64,000 nt of DNA, taken from NCBI GenBank assembly GCA_963782055.1, contig CAWAIF010000003.1, positions 2,816,001-2,880,000 on the forward strand, read 5' to 3'. Positions 55,698 through 64,000 of this stretch are shown here, piece after piece. Positions within the stretch are counted from its first letter, which is position 1; each line of letters starts with the position of its first letter. The position numbers were made by a program, and so were the translations under genes. The notes under the pieces are model-generated. The model had not been told where the DNA came from. It ran no database searches and worked only from the letters and a program-made list of their open reading frames with translations. Source of the stretch: an uncultured delta proteobacterium. GTDB lineage: Bacteria; Myxococcota_A; Polyangia; Polyangiales; Polyangiaceae.

Positions 55698-56828
55698 ATG
55701 GCTCCGGAGGCAAAAGAGTTCTCGCTCGACGCGGTGCGCACCGACGGCTGGTTCGAGCGCATCGGCGAGGGCATCGGCAGCTTCCAGGCGCTCTGCGAGA
55801 TCGTCGGGGAGCGCTTCTTCGCCTTCTCCATCATCGTCGGCGCGCGCATCACCGCGCTGACCGTGGACCGCCGCGCGCCCGACCAGACGCTGGTCGACTT
55901 CGTCGTGGGGCTGGGGGAGGTGGACACCGACCTCGAGCCGCAGCGCCTCACCCTCGCCGACTTCCGTCGCCGCCTCGTCGGCGCGCTGCTCGTCGAGGAG
56001 GACCGCGATCAGCCGCGTCCCACCCGCGAGACGGACACCGAGGCCATCCAGCTCTTCATCGGCGTGCGCTACCTGCTGCTCGCGCCGCTCTACGGCTACT
56101 CGCTGCGCACGCTGGTGGTGCCCGGTGACGACGACGAGCCCGCGCGCGTGCTGCTCTCGCGCGACGGCGCCGACGAGGAGTACGACCTCGACGCCTTCCG
56201 CATGCGCGTGCGCGCGCACGTGCGCGAGGAGCTGGAGCGCACGACCGCCGGACAGCGGAGCGCCATCGACCTCTCCAAGGTGGCCGAGGCGGAGTCCGCC
56301 GCCCTGCGCGGCGAGTGGGCACGCGTGGTGCAGCTCCTCGGCGCGTGGCCGGCCCCGCTCGCCATCTTCCTGCGCACGCCGGAGGGCCAGCTCCTCGCCC
56401 CCGACGCCCGCGCGCTCATCTCGAAGGGGCTCGGCCTGCTCGGCTCGGCGTGCGTGCACCTCGGGGAGGTCGAGCAGGCGGAGGAGGTCTTCCGCATCGG
56501 CATCCAGTACGCGCAGGAGGGCATGGCCGCGGCCGATCTGTTCCGCCGGCTGGGCGAGGCGCTCCTCAAGAGCGAGCGCCCCGGCGAGGCGGTGGGCCCG
56601 CTGCGTCGCGCGGTCGCCTTCGGCGGCGCGCGCGTGGACGTGATGCCGCTGCTCGGCCGCGCCTTCGTCGCCCGCAAGCGCTACGTCGCCGCCTACGCCT
56701 GCCTGCGCGAGGCCATCGCCGCCGGCGCCTCCGAGCGCGACTTCACCGACGAGCTGCGCGAGATCGAGAACGCCCTGGGCCCCGCGCTCACCGCGTTGAA
56801 GGCCATGCGCCTCGCCCGGCCGGCGTGA
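55698..56828 (+). CDS. Hypothetical protein with C-terminal TPR-like repeats
   Basis: Helical repeats 'LLGSACVHLGEVEQAEEVF', 'LGEALLKSERPGEAVGPLRRA', 'LLGRAFVARKRYVAAYACLREA'. Confidence 0.7.
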   Translation: MAPEAKEFSLDAVRTDGWFERIGEGIGSFQALCEIVGERFFAFSIIVGARITALTVDRRAPDQTLVDFVVGLGEVDTDLEPQRLTLADFRRRLVGALLVEEDRDQPRPTRETDTEAIQLFIGVRYLLLAPLYGYSLRTLVVPGDDDEPARVLLSRDGADEEYDLDAFRMRVRAHVREELERTTAGQRSAIDLSKVAEAESAALRGEWARVVQLLGAWPAPLAIFLRTPEGQLLAPDARALISKGLGLLGSACVHLGEVEQAEEVFRIGIQYAQEGMAAADLFRRLGEALLKSERPGEAVGPLRRAVAFGGARVDVMPLLGRAFVARKRYVAAYACLREAIAAGASERDFTDELREIENALGPALTALKAMRLARPA

Positions 56829-56932
56829 CTCGTCCCGGCCGCGGGTAGGCAGGGTTGCAGCGGGCCCTGGTTGGCGCGACAATTCTTCGGCTGCCGCGTG
56901 ACGGGACGCGGGGCGGCTGAAGGAGGCTCGTC

Positions 56933-58741
56933 ATGCGCTTGCGCGGCTGGATGTGTGTGGGCTCCGCGCTGCTCTGCTTTGCTTGCGGCGGCAACGGCGA
57001 CAACCCGTTCGCGGACGGAGGAGGGGTGCCGGACGGCGGGAGCGTCGACGGCGACGTGGGCGACGCGCCGCAGTTCGGCGGCGGCGACGCGGAGGCGGGC
57101 TCCGGCTGCACCAAGTGCTCCGGCGACCTCCACAGCGTCCTCGACTGCAACGACGACCACGTCATCCAGACGTGCTCAGGTAACCAGGGCTGCGGGCCGG
57201 GCGGGTGCATCGACGCGTGCGCGAGCGCCGCCGCCAACAAGAGCTCCATCGGCTGCGACTACTACGCCATTCCCGCCGACGGATGGAGCAACATCCCCGA
57301 GTTCAACGCCGGCACGAGCGACGGCTCCTGCTTCGCCGCGTTCGTCACCAACAACTGGGGCGCGCCGATGAAGGTGAGCCTCCAGTTCGACGGGCAGACG
57401 ATCGACGGCACCGCCCACGCGTACATCCCGCAGGGCAAGGGCAACAACATCACCTACCAGGCGGTGCCGCAGACCGGCATCCCGCCGAACCAGATGGCGA
57501 TCGTCTTCCTCGCGCAGTACGGCGGGGCGGCCGCCTTCAAGACGCTGTGCCCGACCTCGGTGAGCCCCGCCATCACCAGCGTCGACGTCGGCGTCCACGG
57601 CACCGGGCTCGGTCACGCGGTGCGCCTGCAGACCTCGGTGCCGGCGGTGGTCTACGACATCTACCCGTACGGCGGCGCGCTCAGCTACACCGCGAGCGCC
57701 ACGCTGCTCCTGCCCACCACCGCGTGGGACACCAACTACCTCGCCGTCACCGCCTGGCACGGCTTCGGCACCGGCTACTCGCGGCCGAGCAACGTCTCCA
57801 TCGTGGGCACCGAGGACAACACGCAGGTCACCATCAGCCCGACCGCCGCCATCGTCGCGCGGACCACCGGGCAGTACGGGACCGTGGCCGGCACGGGCAA
57901 GGGCGTGCCCCACACCTACACGCTCGGCCAGGGTCAGGTGCTGCAGTTCGTCCAGATGGAGGACCTGAGCGGCAGCCCCATCCAGTCGGACAAGCCCGTC
58001 GGCGTCTGGGGCGGCCACTACTGCATGAACATCCCCGACACCGCGGGCGCGTGCGACGCCGCGCACCAGGAGATCCCGCCGGTGAAGGCGCTCGGCCACG
58101 AGTACGTCGCGGTGGCGCACCGCCCGCGCTCGAACGGAGACAACCCGCCGTGGCGCATCCTGGGCGCGGTGGACGGCACGACGCTCACCTACGACCCGCA
58201 GGTCGCGGGCGCGCCGGCCACGCTGAGCAGCGGCCAGCTCGTCGAGTTCAACGCGACCGGGCCCTTCACGGTGAAGTCGCAGGACGACAAGCACCCGTTC
58301 TACCTCGCCGGCCACATGACCGGCGCGTCCGCCGGCGGGGGCGGCAGCCTGGGCGATCCGGAGACGGTCAACGTCATCCCGCCGGAGGAGTTCCTCGCCA
58401 ACTACATCTTCTTCACCGACCCCACCTACGCCGAGACCAACCTCGTGGTCATCCGCAAGAAGGCGCAGAACGGCTTCAGCGACGTCACGCTGGACTGTCT
58501 CGGCACCCTCACCGGGTGGCAGGCCGTGGGCGGCGGCGGGCAGTATGAGTACACCCGCGTCGACCTGCAGAAGGGGCACCAGCCGGTGGGCAACTGCGAC
58601 AACGGCCTGCACACCATGAAGAGCGACACGCCCTTCGGCATCACGGTGTGGGGCTTCGACACCACCGTCAGCTACGCGTACCCGGCGGGCGCCAGCGTCA
58701 AGCCCATCAACACCGTGGTGGTCCCCCCTGTCCCGAAGTGA
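56933..58741 (+). CDS. IgGFc-binding protein N-terminal domain lipoprotein
   Basis: Lipobox CFAC; SATLLLPTTAWDTNY, DLSGSPIQSDKPVGVWGGH.C, QEIPPVKALG.EY, SYAYPAG. Confidence 0.8.
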   Translation: MRLRGWMCVGSALLCFACGGNGDNPFADGGGVPDGGSVDGDVGDAPQFGGGDAEAGSGCTKCSGDLHSVLDCNDDHVIQTCSGNQGCGPGGCIDACASAAANKSSIGCDYYAIPADGWSNIPEFNAGTSDGSCFAAFVTNNWGAPMKVSLQFDGQTIDGTAHAYIPQGKGNNITYQAVPQTGIPPNQMAIVFLAQYGGAAAFKTLCPTSVSPAITSVDVGVHGTGLGHAVRLQTSVPAVVYDIYPYGGALSYTASATLLLPTTAWDTNYLAVTAWHGFGTGYSRPSNVSIVGTEDNTQVTISPTAAIVARTTGQYGTVAGTGKGVPHTYTLGQGQVLQFVQMEDLSGSPIQSDKPVGVWGGHYCMNIPDTAGACDAAHQEIPPVKALGHEYVAVAHRPRSNGDNPPWRILGAVDGTTLTYDPQVAGAPATLSSGQLVEFNATGPFTVKSQDDKHPFYLAGHMTGASAGGGGSLGDPETVNVIPPEEFLANYIFFTDPTYAETNLVVIRKKAQNGFSDVTLDCLGTLTGWQAVGGGGQYEYTRVDLQKGHQPVGNCDNGLHTMKSDTPFGITVWGFDTTVSYAYPAGASVKPINTVVVPPVPK

Positions 58742-58821
58742 GGCGAGCCGTACGCCGCTCCCCGCGGCCCCGCACGCGTGACGTGCGGCGGACCGCAGGG
58801 AGTGCGCGTGGCGCAGGGGCT

Positions 58822-59376
58822 CTACAGCAGCGAGATGTCCACCCGCCGGTCCTGGGCCCACGTGGACTCGTCGGTGCCGGTCGCGTCCAGCTTCCCGCGC
58901 GAGGTGGCCTGGAGCTGATGCTCCGCCACGCCTCGCGACTCGAGGTACTGGGCGACGCTGCCCGAGCGGTGTGCGCCGAGCACGAAGTTGTACTCGGTCT
59001 CGCCGCGCGGGTCCGCGCGGCCGATGAGCGCGACCGACCGCCCCTCGAGAGGCCCGGTCTTCAGGCACTCGGCGACCTTGTCCAGCAGGGTGTAGTCCTC
59101 GGGCATCAGGTCGGAGGTGTCGAAGTCGAAGTGCGGGGCGCGGCTCGCGACGGGCTGGTGCACCGCGGTGAGGTCGATCTTGCAGGCGGAGATGATCTCT
59201 CCGGACACCTTGAGGCGAGGCGTTCGGATCGGGGGGGTGGACGTCACGGTAAGCGTCGAGGTCGGCTCCGCGGCGGGCGGGGCCTCCTCGTGGGCGCACC
59301 CCAGCAGGGTGGTTCCGGCTGCGAGGACGATCGCCGCGCCGAACGAACGCACCCAGTGTGGCTGAGCGTTCTTCAT
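58822..59376 (-). CDS. OmpA_C / Pal-like peptidoglycan-binding lipoprotein
   Basis: Lipobox LLGC; HFDFD, GRADPRG..EYN..LG..R, SRG, DRRVD. Confidence 0.9.
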   Translation of the reverse strand: MKNAQPHWVRSFGAAIVLAAGTTLLGCAHEEAPPAAEPTSTLTVTSTPPIRTPRLKVSGEIISACKIDLTAVHQPVASRAPHFDFDTSDLMPEDYTLLDKVAECLKTGPLEGRSVALIGRADPRGETEYNFVLGAHRSGSVAQYLESRGVAEHQLQATSRGKLDATGTDESTWAQDRRVDISLL

Positions 59377-59403
59377 GGCGGACTCCTTTCTTCCAGACGA
59401 GGG

Positions 59404-59419
59404 TGCATCCCACGTGCCA
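59404..59419 (-). promoter_or_regulatory. Sigma54 (-24/-12) promoter candidate for the OmpA/Pal-like gene
   Basis: TGGCACGTGGGATGCA, GG-N10-GC spacing, upstream of the AAGGAG RBS. Confidence 0.65.
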
Positions 59420-59494
59420 CCGGTGAATTCACTTCATTGCCGCAGGGGCGGCGCGTGCCGCCCGTGCGATGAGGGGTGCATCCGTGCAGTCCCG

Positions 59495-59523
59495 TTGACA
59501 TCCCCAGCCCCTGCGACTACTCA
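59495..59523 (+). promoter_or_regulatory. Candidate sigma70 promoter of the nuo operon
   Basis: Perfect TTGACA, N17, weak -10 (TACTCA). Confidence 0.35.
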
Positions 59524-59613
59524 CCCAGGGCGAGTGTCCACGCGAAAAGCCGGGAAAATTGCGTTGTCTGGCCCCGGCAGAGCCGCCCCCCGCCGTGGAC
59601 GTCGCGAGCCCGC

Positions 59614-59979
59614 ATGATCTTCGCCACCTACGCCCCCATCTTCCTCGTCATCGCCATCGCCTTCGTCCTGGCCCTGGTCTTCTTCTTCGGCCACGGGCTG
59701 CTCGGCAAGAAGGCGAAGTTCAGCGAGGAGCGCATGCAGCCGTACGAGTCGGGCTCCCCGAGCGACGGCGGTCAACACGTCAAGCTGAGCGTCAAGTTCT
59801 ACCTGACGGCCATCCTCTTCGTCGTCTTCGACATCGAGGTCGTCTTCATCTACCCGTGGGCGATCCACTTCAAGGAGCTCGGGTGGCTCGGGCTGGGGAG
59901 CATGGTCGGCTTCCTGACCGTCATCATCGTGGCCCTCGTGTACGTCTGGCGTAAGGGCGCCCTGGAGTGGGAGAGCTGA
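59614..59979 (+). CDS. nuoA: NADH-quinone oxidoreductase subunit A
   Basis: PYESG, KFYLTAILFVVFDIEVVFIYPWA, YVWRKGALEW. Confidence 0.96.
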   Translation: MIFATYAPIFLVIAIAFVLALVFFFGHGLLGKKAKFSEERMQPYESGSPSDGGQHVKLSVKFYLTAILFVVFDIEVVFIYPWAIHFKELGWLGLGSMVGFLTVIIVALVYVWRKGALEWES

Positions 59980-59980
59980 C

Positions 59981-60828
<848 letters not shown>

Positions 60829-60832
<4 letters not shown>

Positions 60833-61422
60833 GCACCGTCGCGATCGAGAAGCTGAAGGCCCACCTCGGCGAAGCGGTCATCGAGACGCACGATCACCTG
60901 GGTGACGACACCGCGGTGGTGACGCCGGAGGCCTGGAAGGCCGCCTGCAAGCTGCTGCGGGAAGACTCCTCGCTGGACTTCAACCTCTTCGTGGACCTCT
61001 GCGCGGTCGACTACCCCGAGCGTCTGCCCCGCTTCGAGGTCGTCCTGCACCTGTACTCGGTGACCAGGCGCCACCGCATCCGCCTCAAGACTCGTGTCGG
61101 CGACGAAGAGGGCGAAGGCGCCGAGCTGGACTCCATCGTCTCCATCTGGCCGGGCGCCAACTGGCTGGAGCGCGAGACCTTCGACATGATGGGCGTGGTC
61201 TTCAAGGGTCACCCCGACCTGCGCCGCATCCTGATGTACCCCGAGTTCGTGGGGCACCCGCTGCGCAAGGACTACCCGGCGCAGAAGACGCAGCCGCTCA
61301 TCCCGTATCGCACCGAGGACGAGGCCGGCGTCATCCTGGACAAGCTGGCCCCCTTCGGCGCCGACGAGGGCATGGCCTTCGGCCGCAGGTGGTACGAGCC
61401 CGAGACCGGGGGCGAGAGCTGA
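60829..61422 (+). CDS. nuoC: NADH-quinone oxidoreductase subunit C
   Basis: ANWLERETFDMMGVVFKGHPDLRRILM, GHPLRKDYP. Confidence 0.96.
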
Positions 61423-62636
61423 TGGAACCCGTCGATCTGGAACTCGAAGAAGGCGAGCTGGAGCTTCCCTCGGAGCCCATGCACCTCAACATGGGCCCGT
61501 CGCACCCGGCGATGCACGGCACCGTGCGCGTCGTGCTGGAGCTCTCCGGCGAGAACATCGTGAAGGCCGACGTGCAGGTGGGCTACCTGCACCGCGGCTT
61601 CGAGAAGATGTGCGAGCGCGGCACGTGGGCGCAGGTCTTCCCCTACGCCGACAGGCTCAACTACGTCTCGCCCATGCTCAACAACGTGGGCTTCGCCCTC
61701 GCCGTCGAGAAGATGTGCGGCATCGAGGTCCCCGAGCGCTGCCAGTGGTACCGCATGATCCTCGGCGAGCTGGCGCGCATCAGCGACCACCTCACCTGCG
61801 ACGGTGCCATGGCGATGGAGCTCGGCGCCTTCACGCCCTTCCTCTGGTGGATGCGCGCCCGCGAGATGGTCTGGGACGTCCTGGAGGAGGAGACCGGCGC
61901 CCGCCTGACGCACTCCTTCGGCCGCATCGGCGGCATGGCCAAACCCCCGACGCCCGGCCTGGGCGAGATGGTCCGCGGCGTCGTGCCGAAGATCCTCTCC
62001 ATCGTGAACGAGGGCGAGAAGATGCTGCTCACCAACCGCATCTTCATGGACCGCATGGAGAACGTCGGGGTGATCAGCGGCGACGACGCGCTCGCCCTCG
62101 GCTGGACGGGCCCCTGCCTGCGCGCGTCGGGCGTGCCCTACGACATCCGCAAGGCGCACCCGTACCTCAAGTACGACGAGGTCGACTTCGAGGTCCCCGT
62201 CGGCACCCGCGGCGACACCCTGGACCGCTTCCTCGTGCGCCTCGCCGAGATGCGCCAGAGCGCGCACATCCTCGCGCAGTGCATCGACCGCATGCCCGAT
62301 GAAGGCCCGGTCAACGCCGACGACCCGCGTGTCGTCCTGCCCGAGAAGCACGATGTCTACACGACCATCGAGGCCACCATCCAGCACTTCAAGGTGGTGA
62401 TGGAGGGCGCCAAGGTCCCCGCCGGCGAGTGCTACTCCTACACCGAGGGTGGCAACGGCGAGCTGGGCTTCTACCTCGTATCCGACGGGAGCGGCACGCC
62501 CTACCGCGTCCGCATCCGGCCACCTTGCTTCACCATCGTCAGCGGGCTGGAGAGGCTCATCACCGGGCGCATGCTGAGCGACATCATCCCGACGTTCGGG
62601 TCGCTCAACATGATCGGCGGGGAGTGCGACCATTGA
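61422..62636 (+). CDS. nuoD: NADH-quinone oxidoreductase subunit D
   Basis: NMGPSHPAMHG, GYLHRGFEK, DRLNY, ELARI..HL, GELGFY, GECDH. Confidence 0.96.
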   Translation: MEPVDLELEEGELELPSEPMHLNMGPSHPAMHGTVRVVLELSGENIVKADVQVGYLHRGFEKMCERGTWAQVFPYADRLNYVSPMLNNVGFALAVEKMCGIEVPERCQWYRMILGELARISDHLTCDGAMAMELGAFTPFLWWMRAREMVWDVLEEETGARLTHSFGRIGGMAKPPTPGLGEMVRGVVPKILSIVNEGEKMLLTNRIFMDRMENVGVISGDDALALGWTGPCLRASGVPYDIRKAHPYLKYDEVDFEVPVGTRGDTLDRFLVRLAEMRQSAHILAQCIDRMPDEGPVNADDPRVVLPEKHDVYTTIEATIQHFKVVMEGAKVPAGECYSYTEGGNGELGFYLVSDGSGTPYRVRIRPPCFTIVSGLERLITGRMLSDIIPTFGSLNMIGGECDH

Positions 62637-62699
62637 GGCCGGCCGCAGGCCGAACGGCGCGAAGACTGAGTCCGGCGAACTGAGCGAGAAACAGCGACC

Positions 62700-64000
62700 A
62701 TGCCCACCTTCAAGCTCGACGGAAAAGAGATCCCCTTCCAGCCCGGCGAGACCATCATCACCGCCGCCTGGAAGCAGGGCATCGAGATCCCACACTACTG
62801 CTGGCACCCGGGCCTCTCGGTGGCCGCCAACTGCCGCATGTGCCTGGTGGAGATCGTCCCCGGGCCGAACCAGCGCGCCATGCTGCTGGACATCCTGGAG
62901 TGGGACGCCGCCGCACACGACTACACGCCGGTCCGCAAGCCGAAGCTCCAGCCCGCCTGCCAGATCCAGGCCGCCGAGGGCATGGAGGTCCGCTCCGACT
63001 CGAGCGAGCACGTGCGCACCGCCCGCAAGGACGTGCAGGAGTTCTTGCTCCTCAACCACCCGGTGGACTGCCCCATCTGCGATCAATCGGGCGAGTGCAA
63101 GCTGCAGGACTACTGGCTGGAGCACGGCCAGTACCACAAGCGCCGCCGCGACGAGCCGGTGCACAAGCCGAAGGGCGTGGTCTTCGGGCCGACCATCGTC
63201 TACGACGCCGAGCGCTGCGTGATGTGCACGCGCTGCATCCGCTTCATGGACGAGGTGGCGAAGGACCCCGTCCTCGACATGCGCGAGCGCGGCAACCTGC
63301 GCGAGATCACCGTCTCCCCCGGCAAGGAGCTCACCGGCAAGTACACCTTCATGGTGGAGCAGGTGTGCCCCGTCGGCGCGCTCACCACCAAGGACTTCCG
63401 CTTCAAGGCGCGCGTGTGGTTCTTGCGCGGCGCCAAGAGCGTCTGCCAGGGCTGCGCGACGGGCTGCAACGCATGGCTGGACTTCGACCCGCGCCACAAC
63501 CTGGCCGAACGCTACCGCTCCCGGGAGAACGACGAGGTCAACAAGTTCTGGATGTGCGACGACGGCATGCTGACCTACAAGCGCGCCCACGAGGGCCGCG
63601 TGGTCGACCCGCGCACCAAGAAGGTCGCCTCCCTGGCGAAGGCGCACGCCCGGGCGAAGGAGCTGCTCGAGGGCGTCCCGCCGGAGTCGGTCGCCATCCT
63701 GCTCTCGGCGCAGCACAGCCTGGAGGACAACTGGGCGGCGCGCGAGCTCGGGCGCATGCTCGGCGCGCAGAACGCCTTCTTCACCGCCGCGCCCGACGGC
63801 TACGAGGACGACATCCTCATCCACAAGGACAAGAACTCCAACCGCGAGGGCGTCAAGGTGATCGCGCCGGAGGCGAAGCCCTTCGCCGACCTGCTCTCGG
63901 CGATCGCCGACGGCGGCGTGCGACACGTCATCGCGCTGGGCGGGGAGACCCCCGGCGGCGAGTCCGACGGCGAGGCGCTCAAGAAGCTGGACGCCCTCAT
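62700..64000 (+). CDS. nuoG: NADH-quinone oxidoreductase subunit G (partial, runs off window)
   Basis: Manual translation: MPTFKLDGKEIPF...IPHYCWHPGLSVAANCRMCLVE...LLNHPVDCPICDQSGECKLQDY...RCVMCTRCIRF...CPVGAL...CQGCATGC. Confidence 0.92.
   Translation, partial: MPTFKLDGKEIPFQPGETIITAAWKQGIEIPHYCWHPGLSVAANCRMCLVEIVPGPNQRAMLLDILEWDAAAHDYTPVRKPKLQPACQIQAAEGMEVRSDSSEHVRTARKDVQEFLLLNHPVDCPICDQSGECKLQDYWLEHGQYHKRRRDEPVHKPKGVVFGPTIVYDAERCVMCTRCIRFMDEVAKDPVLDMRERGNLREITVSPGKELTGKYTFMVEQVCPVGALTTKDFRFKARVWFLRGAKSVCQGCATGCNAWLDFDPRHNLAERYRSRENDEVNKFWMCDDGMLTYKRAHEGRVVDPRTKKVASLAKAHARAKELLEGVPPESVAILLSAQHSLEDNWAARELGRMLGAQNAFFTAAPDGYEDDILIHKDKNSNREGVKVIAPEAKPFADLLSAIADGGVRHVIALGGETPGGESDGEALKKLDAL

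Noticed and set aside
56871..56888. TGGCGCG upstream of the IgGFc-binding gene as a sigma54 promoter
   Set aside because: No GC at the -12 position.
61272..63926. 884-aa antisense ORF, and similar long ORFs such as 43738..46524, 17713..19881 and 11429..13762
   Set aside because: Shadow frames of real genes, expected in high-GC DNA; no recognisable motifs.

Overview
Very GC-rich core-genome window, most likely from a myxobacterium of the Polyangiaceae/Sorangiineae type. This is inferred from a MYXO-CTERM motif, Cys-rich lipoproteins, a TIGR04552-like gene and vWA/IgGFc-binding lipoproteins. It holds about 57 genes, RNase P RNA and several promoter/terminator candidates. I saw no tRNA, rRNA, CRISPR array or transposase. 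Recognisable blocks: 5' end of kamD; ygfZ; maf; rnpB; erpA; yggX plus a fused NfnB/NfnA-like flavoprotein; rpmB; trpG-trpD-trpC-xerD; a cysK-moeB-cysO-(E1 fragment)-cysM-mec operon; yicC-gmk-mtnP-pfkB; nuoA-B-C-D-G. Most notable: (1) an apparently split, heterodimeric E1-like enzyme, where MoeB lacks its N-terminal Arg-finger segment and a separate small inactive-looking ThiF-like gene carries it; (2) a 1406-aa BPI/LBP(TULIP)-like protein with an internal MYXO-CTERM followed by a second lipoprotein-like signal, a possible polyprotein; (3) an identical AT-rich 13-mer embedded in different reading frames of trpD and trpC upstream of xerD. All family calls come from motif recognition by eye, not database searches.
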